Below, piece by piece: positions 42,674 to 53,046 of a stretch of 64,000 bases of DNA. The notes beneath the pieces are model-generated. The model ran no database searches. It saw only the letters and a program-made list of their open reading frames with translations, and was not told the origin of the DNA. Within the stretch, counting starts at the first letter, position 1. Every line of letters begins with the position of its first letter. The DNA comes from Vulcanimicrobiota bacterium. Its GTDB lineage: Bacteria > Vulcanimicrobiota > Xenobia > Xenobiales > JADMJV01. The stretch spans positions 320,001-384,000 of the forward strand of contig JBFWNU010000002.1 of assembly GCA_050250895.1 (NCBI GenBank), read 5' to 3'. The translations under genes were made by a program, and so were the position numbers.

Positions 42674-43060
42674 TTAGTCGTCGAGCAGACCGGGCGGCGG
42701 CCCGAGGATCTCGCGCAGTAGCACGGCTCGCCGCAACTGGTCGCGATTCAGGCCGCCCAGCACGACGGCTCCCACACTGCGTTCCACCCGCACTGCCTCT
42801 TCGGGAGCGTGAAGGTGAGGCTCGGGGTCGCACTCGGGAACCGAGAAGACCTCGGCGGCCTCGACGGTCGGCTGCAAAGCCTGCTGCCTCTGCTGTGGCT
42901 GGCGGCGTTGCTGCCCTCCGCCCCGACCTTGCTGCTGCCGGGGCTTTTGGGCTTGCTTGGCGGCCTGAGCCTGCTGGGCAGCCACGGCTTTCTCCATCTG
43001 CTCCTTGGCCTGGCGTTCGGCCTCGGCGATGGCTTCTTTGAGTTGGCTGAAGATATCCAT
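42674..43060 (-). CDS. YqfB-like hypothetical protein
   Basis: C-terminal LRRAVLLREILGPP; position after floA matches the yqeZ-yqfA-yqfB layout. Confidence 0.7.
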   Translation of the reverse strand: MDIFSQLKEAIAEAERQAKEQMEKAVAAQQAQAAKQAQKPRQQQGRGGGQQRRQPQQRQQALQPTVEAAEVFSVPECDPEPHLHAPEEAVRVERSVGAVVLGGLNRDQLRRAVLLREILGPPPGLLDD

Positions 43061-43947
43061 CAGTTACTCGCTTTGAGCCGTCCCGAACGCAGAGCCGCGG
43101 CCAGACCCAGGGGAACCCGGGCTTCGGCCTCGACGACTTTCGCTTTCATTTCGACCACGGAAGCCCGCATCTCTTCCTCGCGCGCAGCTGCTTCGGCGCG
43201 TCGTTGCTCGGCGCGAGCCTGGGCGATCTGCTTGTCGGCTTCGGCCTGGTCGATCTGCAGGTGGGCTCCGATGTTGCGCCCCACATCGACATCCATGATG
43301 TCGATGGAGAGAATTTCGAAAGCCGTGCCCGCATCAAGACCCTTGGAAATGACCCGCTGCGAGATGATGCTCGGGTTCTCGAGCACGTTCTTGTGGCTGT
43401 CGGCCGAGCCGATGGTGGTGACCACACCTTCGCCCACGCGGGCCAGAATGGTCTCTTCGCCGGCGCCGCCGACCAGACGCTCGATGTTGGCCTTGACGGT
43501 AATCCGGCAGATAGCTCGCACCTGAATACCATCCTTGGCCATGGCTGCGATAGGGGGGGTCTGGATGACCTTGGGATTGACGGTCATCGAGACCGCCTCG
43601 AGAACGTCGCGGCCGGCCAGGTCGATGGCCGAGGCGCGTCCAAAGTCGAGGGGGATCTTGGCTTTGTTGGCTTCGATCAGAGCTCTCACCAGTCTGAAGA
43701 CCTGGCCACCGGCCAGATAATGCGCTTCGAGCCCGTGCGCGGTCAAATCAGCCAGGCCCGCCTGACGTCCCATGATCAAGGGTTTCACCACGGCCGCCGG
43801 ATCGACCCGCCGCAGACGCATCAGCACCAGGGTGATGGGGCTGATGGACACTCCGGCCGAGACGGCTTCGAGCCAGAGCCCGATCGGAACATAGAAGAGA
43901 AAGAAGCCACCGCAAACTAGGACAATGGTCAATAAGATATAGGACAT
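43060..43947 (-). CDS. floA: Flotillin-like protein FloA, copy 2
   Basis: [35 protein letters not shown] and AFEILSIDI motifs. Confidence 0.93.
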   Translation of the reverse strand: MSYILLTIVLVCGGFFLFYVPIGLWLEAVSAGVSISPITLVLMRLRRVDPAAVVKPLIMGRQAGLADLTAHGLEAHYLAGGQVFRLVRALIEANKAKIPLDFGRASAIDLAGRDVLEAVSMTVNPKVIQTPPIAAMAKDGIQVRAICRITVKANIERLVGGAGEETILARVGEGVVTTIGSADSHKNVLENPSIISQRVISKGLDAGTAFEILSIDIMDVDVGRNIGAHLQIDQAEADKQIAQARAEQRRAEAAAREEEMRASVVEMKAKVVEAEARVPLGLAAALRSGRLKASN

Positions 43948-43953
43948 CGTGTT

Positions 43954-44934
43954 TTAGCCTTTCTGCGGGGCTTTGTCGCTACCCGCGAGCGCCTGACGCA
44001 TCCTGGTGTCGGCGATGACGTTTTCCAGCTTGTAGTAGTCGAGCACGTTGAAGCGCCCGGATGAGAGAGCTTCGAACATCGCCTCGGGCACCTCGGCCTC
44101 AGCCTCGACCACTTTGGCGCGCATTTCTTCGACGCGGGCCCGCATTTCGGTCTGGCGAGCCATCGCCTCGGCGCGGCGCTGCTCGGCCCTGGCCTGCGCC
44201 ACTCGTTTATCGGCGTTGGCCTGATCGATTTGGAGGCGGGCTCCGATGTTTTCACCCACATCCACATCAGCGATGTCGATGGAGAGGATCTCGAAGGCGG
44301 TTCCCGAGTCCAACCCGGTGGCCAGCACGGCCTCTGTGATCAGGTCGGGGTTTTCGAGCACCTGCTTGAAGTCGCGGCTCTTACCGATAGCGGTCACGAT
44401 ACCCTCGCCGACGCGTGCCAGCACCGTTTCTTCACCGGCCGAACCGACCAGTTTCGAGATGTCGGTGCGCACGGTCACCAGGCAGGTGGCTTTGACCTGG
44501 ATACCGTCGTGGGCCACGGCCTCGATGAGGGGAGTCTGAATGACCTTGGGGTTGACGCTCATCTGAACCGCCTGCAGTACGTCACGACCGGCCAGGTCGA
44601 TGGAGGTGGCTGTCTCCCAGTCGAGTTCGATACCGGCCTTGGTGGCAGCGATGAGAGCAGCCACCACATTGCGGATGTTGCCGCCGGCCATGTAGTGGGT
44701 CTGAAGCTGGGCCACGCTGATGGGCAGGCCCGCGTAGTTTGCCGTGATGGCCGGAAGCACGATTTCGTGCGGCGGAATCTTGCGAAACGAGCGCATCACG
44801 AACAGCTCCACAAGACCCACTCGGACCTTCGAGAAGACTGCGCTCAGCCAGAGCGGAAAGGGCACGAAATAGAATAGCAACTGCACGCACATAAATGCGA
44901 TAAACAGTAAGAATAGAACAAATCCGAAATCCAC
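43954..44934 (-). CDS. floA: Flotillin-like protein FloA, copy 1
   Basis: Same YqfA-family motifs, including C-terminal DYY.L.N..ADT.MR. Confidence 0.93.
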   Translation of the reverse strand: MDFGFVLFLLFIAFMCVQLLFYFVPFPLWLSAVFSKVRVGLVELFVMRSFRKIPPHEIVLPAITANYAGLPISVAQLQTHYMAGGNIRNVVAALIAATKAGIELDWETATSIDLAGRDVLQAVQMSVNPKVIQTPLIEAVAHDGIQVKATCLVTVRTDISKLVGSAGEETVLARVGEGIVTAIGKSRDFKQVLENPDLITEAVLATGLDSGTAFEILSIDIADVDVGENIGARLQIDQANADKRVAQARAEQRRAEAMARQTEMRARVEEMRAKVVEAEAEVPEAMFEALSSGRFNVLDYYKLENVIADTRMRQALAGSDKAPQKG

Positions 44935-44954
44935 GAAGGGTCTCCTCCCTATTA

Positions 44955-45701
44955 CTAGTCCTGACCAGGAGTGGCCCGGACGACGACTTTGTTGCCTTGA
45001 ACAGATACGACTTCGACGTAGTGACCCTTTTGAATAAAGGATCCTTCTGTTACCACGTCGACGCGGCGACCGTCAAACTCGGCGATTCCGCCCGGCCGCA
45101 AGGGGCTCGAGCAAACTCCGACCGCGCCGATCTCGATACTCGAGGTGATGGTCACGGGGGTAGGGGGGCTCACGGGCGGCTCGAGCACGATAAACCCTCG
45201 GAATAGTCGGTTTTCGGGTAGGAATTTGAGCAACGCAAACCCTCCGCCCACGGCCGCGCACAGCGCGGAAAGAAAAACGGTTAAACCAGTTTCCCAGTTG
45301 TCAAAGGACAGCACGGTGGAACCACCGATGCCCAGAATCCCGATGACTCCAAAGACTCCCACCCCGGGCATCACAAAGATCTCTACCGCCAGACAAATGA
45401 GGCCACCCACGAAGAGAGCCAGGGGGACCCAAATGTCTTCACCCGCGAGATAGCGGCCGGCAAAGAAGAGCCCGATGGCGCAGAAAGCAGTCACCTCGGC
45501 CACGCCTGAGCCTAGAGTGATGACGGTCGCCGCCAGAGCGACCACTCCGATGATTAAAAGGGCGCCGGCTACCGCGGGCTGGGTGAGGAAATCGCCCACC
45601 TGGGCTTTCCATCCTGGTCCCTCGGCCAGGGCCGGGCCGCTGACCAAAAATGACAACACGGTCAGCAACAAGAGCCGGTCACCTGATAGCACTCCTCGCA
45701 T
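44955..45701 (-). CDS. NfeD family membrane protein (short form)
   Basis: TM bundle with E..PG.G..G..G and C-terminal OB domain LRPGG.A......DVV..G.FI; GGAGG RBS. Confidence 0.88.
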   Translation of the reverse strand: MRGVLSGDRLLLLTVLSFLVSGPALAEGPGWKAQVGDFLTQPAVAGALLIIGVVALAATVITLGSGVAEVTAFCAIGLFFAGRYLAGEDIWVPLALFVGGLICLAVEIFVMPGVGVFGVIGILGIGGSTVLSFDNWETGLTVFLSALCAAVGGGFALLKFLPENRLFRGFIVLEPPVSPPTPVTITSSIEIGAVGVCSSPLRPGGIAEFDGRRVDVVTEGSFIQKGHYVEVVSVQGNKVVVRATPGQD

Positions 45702-45892
45702 AGAACTCACCTCCAAAATCCAGTTCAATTATATCATATTCAACCGGATTTGCATATATGCATCACGGGACCCCCCCACGAATGGTGACCCGCTGACCTT
45801 TACGGCTTCGGGCTCAGCGGCCGCACCCCTCGTTTTTTTCGGGATTCTGCTGCTTTGAGGTATCTTTCAGGCTCGTCCCCTAGAGTCAAGCT

Positions 45893-46276
45893 ATGTTGAT
45901 TGCAGGACATCCCATGACTCTCCCCCACGCCAGCCGGGCGCTGTTTCCGGCCTCTACCCCGCCCCCGGCCGTCCCGGCTACGACTCCTCAAGAGGAACCC
46001 TTGCTGACGCGAGGCGACGCCTTCCGTCTGGGGGGAGCGGTGATCGGCGGCCTCAGCTGCGGATTGATCGGAGCTGATATCGGCATGACCCGCGGCATGG
46101 AGTCCTCTATCGGGGTATTCGGCTCGCACCCTTTGGCCCAGGCGTTCAGCCTGTTGACCATCGGCCTGGTGATGGGACTACGCGGATCGCTGCTGGGCAC
46201 CATCGGGGGCACCCTGATCGGGGCAGCCGTAGGTGCTGGCGCCGGTCATCTGTTGGCTAAAGCGACCGAGAAATAA
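45893..46276 (+). CDS. Glycine-zipper membrane protein with Pro-rich leader
   Basis: GxxxG repeats; TAGAGT-N6-ATG. Confidence 0.6.
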   Translation: MLIAGHPMTLPHASRALFPASTPPPAVPATTPQEEPLLTRGDAFRLGGAVIGGLSCGLIGADIGMTRGMESSIGVFGSHPLAQAFSLLTIGLVMGLRGSLLGTIGGTLIGAAVGAGAGHLLAKATEK

Positions 46277-46278
46277 GT

Positions 46279-46551
46279 TTACAGACCGCCTGGTTTGAGG
46301 CCGCCGGGAAGACTCACCGGGCCGCCCTGGGCACCGCTCTGCAAGTTTTGCATGATCCCGTTTAACAGGCTGGTGCCGGCGGTGCTGGGTGTCTCTGCTT
46401 TCGGAGCCGGAGAGGGCTTGGTAGCGCCGGGCTTCTGCCGGGCAGCTTTCAGACCGAGAGCTTTCGTATCGGGAACGGGGAGGCCGTTCTTGCCTTTCTT
46501 GACCAGCCCAGCCCGCGCAGGGTTCAGGGCGGATGCGACTCCGAATGCCAA
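46279..46551 (-). CDS. Small basic low-complexity protein
   Basis: AGGAAGGAG RBS before TTG. Confidence 0.6.
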   Translation of the reverse strand: MAFGVASALNPARAGLVKKGKNGLPVPDTKALGLKAARQKPGATKPSPAPKAETPSTAGTSLLNGIMQNLQSGAQGGPVSLPGGLKPGGL

Positions 46552-46663
46552 GATAGTGGCTCCTTCCTGCTGTATGAATGCTAGTATAGAGCCTGGATGA
46601 ACTCAAATTGGACGGTCGGGTTTGCTATTTTGTGAACATTGTTGCCGGAATGTAGCCGCGTGT

Positions 46664-48316
46664 TTAGCCTTTCCAGAGGGCACGTTCGAGATGGATGCGG
46701 TCTTCGGGCAATTCGCGCACGATGTGGTCGACGTACTTCTGGTCGTAGTGCAGGGTGACCTGGCTGGCGTCGTGGATGTTGATCATCCCGTTGCGAGCCA
46801 CTACCGCCCCCCGGATATTGAGCGGTTGATTGGTCCGGGTCTGGATCTCGACATTGTCCTTGGCGTAGAGCAAGCCATTGAAGGTCAGAGAGCGATCAAC
46901 CGCGGTTCCGGCCTCCCAGTTGTAGGGGGGCTTGATGGTGATATCCTTGCCGGCGTAGATGGACAGGTCGGCCTGCTCGTCGGCCGTCACCGAGGCCCAG
47001 TTAGGGCGAAGATGCACGTTGCCGGTGGCCAGCAATTTGCCGGCCCCTCTGATCGGTCCCTCGACCCCCAGATCGCCGTCGACAATGATCGAGCCCGAGT
47101 TCTCCTCGGCGACTCCATCCCCGATCCCGCCCACCAATTCACCAAAGACCAGTTGCGGGATTATGTCGTTCTGATAGGAGGCCACTCCGAAGTCGCCATC
47201 CACGTGCAGGTGAGCATCTTCGTCGACGGCCATCCAGTCTTCGGTTAAATTGACCTTGACCCGATTGTCGACCAGCCAGAAGGTCGAGTCCCGAGGGTGC
47301 CCCACCACGCTGGTGCCGGCCATGCGAGCCCCCTCGGGAATACCCCCGGGCTCGCTGACATACCAGAATTCTTGCAGTTCACCGCTGGAAAATCCCGCGT
47401 CATCGATGGCCCGAGTGCGGCGTTCCATGACCTTGACCGAGGCCGTCTGCGTGATCCCGCCCACTTCGTATTCGACCTGGACCCGCGAAAAGAGATAAAG
47501 ACCGGACCTGACGCTGGTGTTGGCGTCGACGCCAACCTCGCTGATCTTGAGGTCGTGAATGTCATAGCTGGTCTTGGCGTCGGGAATGAAACGGCCCCCG
47601 GTCTGGCTAACGGCGTTGGCCATCACGCTCTGGTTGGTGACCGACTGACCGCCCACGGTGACGTCTTGTTGCGACCAGATCACTCCTTTGTCGGCCTGGG
47701 CCACGGCGGGCACGAAGTCGAGTCGATTGGCGGAAGGCACGTGAATGTCGCCCTTGGAGCGGATCTGATTGCGCAACGGGTGCTCGCTGGTGAGCTTGAG
47801 CCCGGTGGCCTCGATGTTGATGCCGCCCGAGGACACGGCGGCTCCGTCGAACAGAGGGGCGATGCGCAACAAGACTTCGCGTTGCTGGGTCACTCCTCCA
47901 CAGGTGCCGGTAATGCGCAAACGGCAGGCCGAAACCGGCACGCCCCCGGATTCGCTCGAACCCGAGAGATTGTTGGTGACGACCACGCGGAACTCGGCGT
48001 CAAGGTCGGTCAGTTTGCCTTCGACTCGGTGGCTACCACCGATTTCGCGCACCTCGAGTTCGGGAGCCACCGAGCCATCGGTATAGTCGTCGTCGAAAGC
48101 GGCTCGGGCCCAGAATTTGTTGTGTTCGAGCCGGAAAAAACAGTATTCGGTGGCGCTGGCACAGGCTCGATTGGCCTTCTCGCTCTGGCTGCTGTAGCCG
48201 GCCAGGGTCAATTGATCGCGATTGACCTGGAAGAAAGCGCCCAGCAGAATCAGCAACAAACTCGTGATCACGATGAGCAGAAAGAGCGCGATTCCTCGTT
48301 GCCGTAGCTTTGCCAT
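46664..48316 (-). CDS. PilX/GspK-like minor pilin with beta-helix-like C-terminus
   Basis: RG|IALF prepilin-like N-terminus; last gene of a three-gene pilin operon. Confidence 0.75.
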   Translation of the reverse strand: MAKLRQRGIALFLLIVITSLLLILLGAFFQVNRDQLTLAGYSSQSEKANRACASATEYCFFRLEHNKFWARAAFDDDYTDGSVAPELEVREIGGSHRVEGKLTDLDAEFRVVVTNNLSGSSESGGVPVSACRLRITGTCGGVTQQREVLLRIAPLFDGAAVSSGGINIEATGLKLTSEHPLRNQIRSKGDIHVPSANRLDFVPAVAQADKGVIWSQQDVTVGGQSVTNQSVMANAVSQTGGRFIPDAKTSYDIHDLKISEVGVDANTSVRSGLYLFSRVQVEYEVGGITQTASVKVMERRTRAIDDAGFSSGELQEFWYVSEPGGIPEGARMAGTSVVGHPRDSTFWLVDNRVKVNLTEDWMAVDEDAHLHVDGDFGVASYQNDIIPQLVFGELVGGIGDGVAEENSGSIIVDGDLGVEGPIRGAGKLLATGNVHLRPNWASVTADEQADLSIYAGKDITIKPPYNWEAGTAVDRSLTFNGLLYAKDNVEIQTRTNQPLNIRGAVVARNGMINIHDASQVTLHYDQKYVDHIVRELPEDRIHLERALWKG

Positions 48317-48324
48317 GTCCACCC

Positions 48325-48996
48325 CTACAACTCCGGAAAAGTGTTGAGAGCCCTCAAGCTATAGACGACCTCGTGGGTCTCGTCGACCTCTTTTTCGGTC
48401 TGGATAGCTTTACGCCCTCGCCCTCGGAACTTGACCGAGACGTTCAGTAGTTGATCCGCCTCGTCTTTTTCCACCATGAAAGATAACACACTCTGAGCCA
48501 GAATGCCGGTGGAGTAAATGTCGTTGTTGTACTTGGGCTCATCGTCGATATTCACTCCCAGGTCCGGATACGGCAGCATGTTGGGCAACGTTCCGCCCGG
48601 TTCGACTTTTTGGTGGACCAGACGTCCCAAGCCGCGTTCCTGGGTGGCGTAAAATACGATGTAACGGTCCCAGCGGGGGGTCACTCCGTTGACGAAGTTG
48701 GCGGGATTGGACCAGTCAGACAGCCCGTGGCACACGACCGCATCCCGACGCACGGTCATCCCCTCGAAGGTCACGGTGCGCTCGAGCACACCGATGGTGG
48801 CCCAGTGGGACAGTTGAAAATCGCGTTCGAGCAGGGCTCCGACCCGGCGGGCGTCGCCTTGAAGCCCGCTGCGCAGGACCGCGTGCTGGAAGCCTCGGCT
48901 ACCCATGGAGAATAGCCCAAAGATGGTCAGGGTCAAGAAGCCCAGGATGAGAAGGACCAGGGCTGCTTCCAGCACTGTAAAGCCGCGTCGCTTCAT
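48325..48996 (-). CDS. PilW/GspJ-like minor pilin
   Basis: G|FTVLE methylation motif. Confidence 0.8.
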   Translation of the reverse strand: MKRRGFTVLEAALVLLILGFLTLTIFGLFSMGSRGFQHAVLRSGLQGDARRVGALLERDFQLSHWATIGVLERTVTFEGMTVRRDAVVCHGLSDWSNPANFVNGVTPRWDRYIVFYATQERGLGRLVHQKVEPGGTLPNMLPYPDLGVNIDDEPKYNNDIYSTGILAQSVLSFMVEKDEADQLLNVSVKFRGRGRKAIQTEKEVDETHEVVYSLRALNTFPEL

Positions 48997-49436
48997 TGGT
49001 TAGGATAAACCAGTTGCCCCAGTGTAGTGGAAAGCCGTCCCATGTCACGGCGGGATCCGGTGGAATCGGTGGAGTCCTTCCACCACTCGACCCGCACGGT
49101 CACCTGATAGACCACGCCCATGGGATAGGCCGAGGCAGGAGTGGTGACCAGGGTCGGTGTTACGGTGTAGAGGTAAGTGATCTGATTGGTGGTGTCGCGG
49201 CTATAAATGTCCATCTGGCCGTTAGCGACCCCGCCGGTGCCCCAATTGGGTGGACCTTCGCGCACCGCCCGATCAAGAACTTTCTTGGCCAGGTGTTCAC
49301 CCACCGACAGATCCGAGTTCTTGGCCGTCGAGGTCAGGAGCTTGGCGAATACGCCGATGAGAACCACCGCGATCATCCCCACCAGGCCTGCTGCCAGCAC
49401 CGTTTCGGCCAGCGTCAATCCCCTTGAACGTCCCAC
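48993..49436 (-). CDS. PilV/GspI-like minor pilin
   Basis: G|LTLAE motif and V.V.V.W; TATACT-N6-GTG. Confidence 0.8.
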   Translation of the reverse strand: MGRSRGLTLAETVLAAGLVGMIAVVLIGVFAKLLTSTAKNSDLSVGEHLAKKVLDRAVREGPPNWGTGGVANGQMDIYSRDTTNQITYLYTVTPTLVTTPASAYPMGVVYQVTVRVEWWKDSTDSTGSRRDMGRLSTTLGQLVYPNQ

Positions 49437-49453
49437 CTGCTCAGTATAGCAGA

Positions 49454-49822
49454 TTATAGTCCGAGTAGAGCCTGGACCTTGGCCCAAACGATATCCCACT
49501 CTACCGGCTTGCTGGCCACCTGATCGGCGCCAAGCATGTTGGCGATCTCGAGAAAGACCGTGTTGCCGTGCAGGCCGGCCGAGAGCATCATCACCTTGGG
49601 GGCGTTGGGCAGTTCTTTGAGCTCTTTGAGGGTCTCGAGGCCTTCTTTGTTGGGCATGACGATATCGCAGATGACCAGGTCGGCCGGATCATTACGAAAG
49701 TGACGCAGACCTTTCTCGCCGTCGGTGGCTTCGCTGACTTTCAGGCCGTGCTCTTCGAGGCCTCGCCGCAGGATTTCGCGGACGCTATCGTCATCGTCTA
49801 TCAGCAGAATGTGACGAGACAA
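49454..49822 (-). CDS. Single-domain response regulator
   Basis: LIDDD, DIVMP..G and KP motifs. Confidence 0.92.
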   Translation of the reverse strand: MSRHILLIDDDDSVREILRRGLEEHGLKVSEATDGEKGLRHFRNDPADLVICDIVMPNKEGLETLKELKELPNAPKVMMLSAGLHGNTVFLEIANMLGADQVASKPVEWDIVWAKVQALLGL

Positions 49823-49823
49823 G

Positions 49824-51812
49824 CTAGCCTACTCGGGTGCCGGGTGGGAGTTCGTGGATGGGCGTCACCAGGCTGACCGGGCTATCCCCGCCACCAGCGG
49901 CCAGCAGCATACCCTCGCTCAGGATGCCGAAAATCTTGCGCGGCTTGAGGTTGTCGATGATGCAGATGGTCCGCCCCTCCATCTCTTCGGGGGCGTAGTC
50001 CTTGCGGATTCCTGACACGATGGTTCGGTCCTGGCGGGAGCCGTCGTCTAAGGTCAGACGTAGCAGTTTGTCGGCCCCCTCGACGGCTTCGGCCTTGACG
50101 ACCCGGGCGGTGATCATTTTCACTTTGACGAAGTCGTCGTATTCGATGGATGAGGTTTCCACTTTCTTTTCCTCGATTTTCTTGGCTGGCTTTTCGGGTT
50201 TTTTGCCCGTCTGTTGCTCTTTGCGCTGGACGAACTCGTCTTCAAGGTTGGCCAGGTCGAGCTTGGGAAAGATGATGGCGGCCTTGCCGATGGTGGTAGC
50301 GCCGGTCAGTAGCTCGCCAGCGGTGTTCAGGCTTGAACCCGTGGCCGTGCCGGACAGGCCCAGCTGGCTCCACAGTCGGTCGCAGGCGCCGGGCATGACC
50401 GGAGTCAGCAACAACACCACACTGCGCAGGCAGTTGAGGACGGCCGAGAAAAAGGCTTCGAGTTGAGGGTGCCTGGTGGCGTCCTTGGCAAGTTCCCAGG
50501 GCTTTTGCTCGTCGATGACGCGGTTGAGGGCCCGCACCAGCACCCAGATGGTCTCGAGCGCCTCTTTGAACTCGAGCTTCTGATAGTGCTCCAGCGTCTT
50601 GCTGGTTGTCGCAGTGCGCAGGCCCATCAGTTCTTCGAGTTCGGCTCCGTGGTCGGCCTGGCCCGGCACCGTGCCTTTGAGAAAGCGCGAAGCCATGGTC
50701 AATACGCGATAGACCAGATTGCCGAAGTCGTTCGCCAGATCGTAGTTATAGCGCTCGGCCAGGGCCCGCACCGAGAAGTTTCCATCCAGACCCACGGGCA
50801 CTTCGCGCAGGGTGAAGTAACGGACCCCATCAGCGCCCACCAGGGCCACGGCGTCTTCGGGGTGGAAGACGTTGCCCTTGCTCTTGCTCATCTTGGTGCC
50901 GTCGAAGTTCCAGTAGCCATGCACCAGGCATTGCCTGGGTAAAGGCAGACCGGCAGCTTGCAACATGGCCGGCCAGACGATGGTGTGAAACCAGGGGATA
51001 TCTTTGGCCATGATATGGAGGTCGGCCGGCCAGAAGTTGTGTTCGGGCTGAACCGAGAGGGGATCTTTGCCTTCGGCCACTGCTTTGACCGCGGCTTCAG
51101 CATCGAAGCCGCTGCCCGTCATGTAGGTCCAGAGGGCGTCGACCCAGACATAGAAGACATGCCGGTCGTCCCACGGCAGAGGAATGCCCCAATCGGTGCT
51201 GCTGCGGCTGATGCAAAGGTCGCGCAGCCCGCCCCGGATGCGATTGAGCATCTCGTTGCGCCGGAAGCCCGGGATGATGGCCTCGGGGTTTTGCTCGTGA
51301 AATTCGAGCAAGAAGTCTTGATACTTGCTCAGGCGAAACCAGTAGGCTTCTTCGGTAAGATGCTTGAGATACGGCTCGCTCTCGGGATTGTCGGGCACTT
51401 CGGCTTCGTCGAGAAAGCGATTATCGGTGGTGTGATACCATCCCGAATAGTCGGCCTTGTAGACATCACCCTGATCATAGATCCTCTGGAAGGCCGCCTG
51501 GACGGTGCGGCGGTGCTCAGGTGACGAGGTGCGATAGAAGCCGTAGTCGCCAATGTCGAGCAGTTTCCAGGCTTTGGTAAACTCGGGAATGAGCTGGCTG
51601 CAGAACTCGAGCGGTGAGAGGCCCGCCGCGGCCGCTTTGTCGGCGATATTTTGACTGTGCTCATCGCTGCCCGTCACCATCAGGGCCTCGTGACCCAGCA
51701 TGCGGTGGTAGCGAGCCAGCGCGTCAGCGATGATGGTAGTGTAGCCGGTGCCCATGTGTGGCGGGGCGTTGACGTAATAGATCGGTGTGGTTACGTAGAA
51801 GCGACGGCTCAT
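49824..51812 (-). CDS. metG: Methionine--tRNA ligase
   Basis: YVTTPIYYVN..PHMG, KMSKS and C-terminal tRNA-binding OB domain. Confidence 0.97.
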   Translation of the reverse strand: MSRRFYVTTPIYYVNAPPHMGTGYTTIIADALARYHRMLGHEALMVTGSDEHSQNIADKAAAAGLSPLEFCSQLIPEFTKAWKLLDIGDYGFYRTSSPEHRRTVQAAFQRIYDQGDVYKADYSGWYHTTDNRFLDEAEVPDNPESEPYLKHLTEEAYWFRLSKYQDFLLEFHEQNPEAIIPGFRRNEMLNRIRGGLRDLCISRSSTDWGIPLPWDDRHVFYVWVDALWTYMTGSGFDAEAAVKAVAEGKDPLSVQPEHNFWPADLHIMAKDIPWFHTIVWPAMLQAAGLPLPRQCLVHGYWNFDGTKMSKSKGNVFHPEDAVALVGADGVRYFTLREVPVGLDGNFSVRALAERYNYDLANDFGNLVYRVLTMASRFLKGTVPGQADHGAELEELMGLRTATTSKTLEHYQKLEFKEALETIWVLVRALNRVIDEQKPWELAKDATRHPQLEAFFSAVLNCLRSVVLLLTPVMPGACDRLWSQLGLSGTATGSSLNTAGELLTGATTIGKAAIIFPKLDLANLEDEFVQRKEQQTGKKPEKPAKKIEEKKVETSSIEYDDFVKVKMITARVVKAEAVEGADKLLRLTLDDGSRQDRTIVSGIRKDYAPEEMEGRTICIIDNLKPRKIFGILSEGMLLAAGGGDSPVSLVTPIHELPPGTRVG

Positions 51813-51864
51813 GGGCTCAGGCTCTTCGCTTCGACCGCCACCCCGCCCTCTTAGAAAAGCCGAG

Positions 51865-52956
51865 TTAGGCGAGGGTCCCCAGATAGCTATAGAGGGGGAC
51901 CAAAACCGAGAGCACGATGAATCCCACCACGAAAGCTACGAATCCGAGCAAGAGGGGCTCGAGTGCCGCTCCCAGGGTCTCGATCTTGAAGCCGACCTCG
52001 GTGTCGTAATAGCCGGCCACGCGACTGAACATGTCGGCCAGGTGCGAGGATTCTTCTCCGGCTTTGATCATGTGAGTCAGGGTGGTGGGATAGATGTCGG
52101 GCCTGGTGGCCATATGGTCTGAGGCTAGCGTTCCCTCCTGCAGACTTTCAGACAGCCAGCGCGCATCGGCCCGCAGCACCGGACTGCCGCTGGCGTGGGC
52201 GCTCATCCTCAGGCTGCGAGGCAGGTCGACCCCGGCATTGATGAGGGCGCTGGCGGCGGCGGCAAAGCGTGAGGTGGTGGCCAATCGCAGCATGGTTCCG
52301 AGCAACGGGATCGAACTCAAGAATCGAAAGATAGCGACTCCACCGGCCTCGGTCCGGTAGAGATCGCGGATCCCGACCAGGATGGCTGCAGCCAACGCCA
52401 GGCCTACTACCCAGGCGCCCGGGTTCTTGACCAGGTTGGTGATCAAGATCATGACCTTGGTGGTCATCGGCAGCTCGATGTCCATCTCCTGGAAGATGTT
52501 GATGAAATTGGGCAGCACCGTGTAGAAGAGGATCAGGGTCAGGGCGCAGGTTAGCATCATCACGAAGGCGGGGTAGGTGAGAGCGCCTTTCACCCGGCGA
52601 TAGAGCTTGTCGTCCGACTCTTGCCAATCCGCCAACTGCTCGAGGGCGACGTCCAGGTGACCCGTGTTCTCGCCGATGCTCACCATGGCCAGGTAGACTT
52701 TGGGAAAAATGCGAGGAAAGAGAGCCAGGCTGGCGCTGAAGTGATGACCGGACGCGACCCGTGCGGCTACCGTGCTGATTACCTCGCCGAAATTCGGGTG
52801 TTCAGGCTGGTGCGACAGGGTGTCCAACGCCACCAGAATAGGAACCCCGGTGCGGACCATCGTGGCCAGTTGGCGCGTGAACAAGATGACGATGTGGGCC
52901 GGACAGCGGACCTTGTCCATCCAGGCTTCATCGAATGTGATGCCAGACTTCCCCAA
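51865..52956 (-). CDS. Type II secretion/type IV pilus platform protein (GspF/PilC family)
   Basis: FTRQLATMV..G, GE..G.L, ALTYP, GEES and LEP motifs. Confidence 0.92.
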   Translation of the reverse strand: MGKSGITFDEAWMDKVRCPAHIVILFTRQLATMVRTGVPILVALDTLSHQPEHPNFGEVISTVAARVASGHHFSASLALFPRIFPKVYLAMVSIGENTGHLDVALEQLADWQESDDKLYRRVKGALTYPAFVMMLTCALTLILFYTVLPNFINIFQEMDIELPMTTKVMILITNLVKNPGAWVVGLALAAAILVGIRDLYRTEAGGVAIFRFLSSIPLLGTMLRLATTSRFAAAASALINAGVDLPRSLRMSAHASGSPVLRADARWLSESLQEGTLASDHMATRPDIYPTTLTHMIKAGEESSHLADMFSRVAGYYDTEVGFKIETLGAALEPLLLGFVAFVVGFIVLSVLVPLYSYLGTLA

Positions 52957-53046
52957 ACAAATCTCCTGCCAGCAATACTATACAAAAACTAGGCCCGAAC
53001 TCCTTTTCTGCAGGTTGGGCAGGGGCTTCGGGCGAACCTTTTCAGC

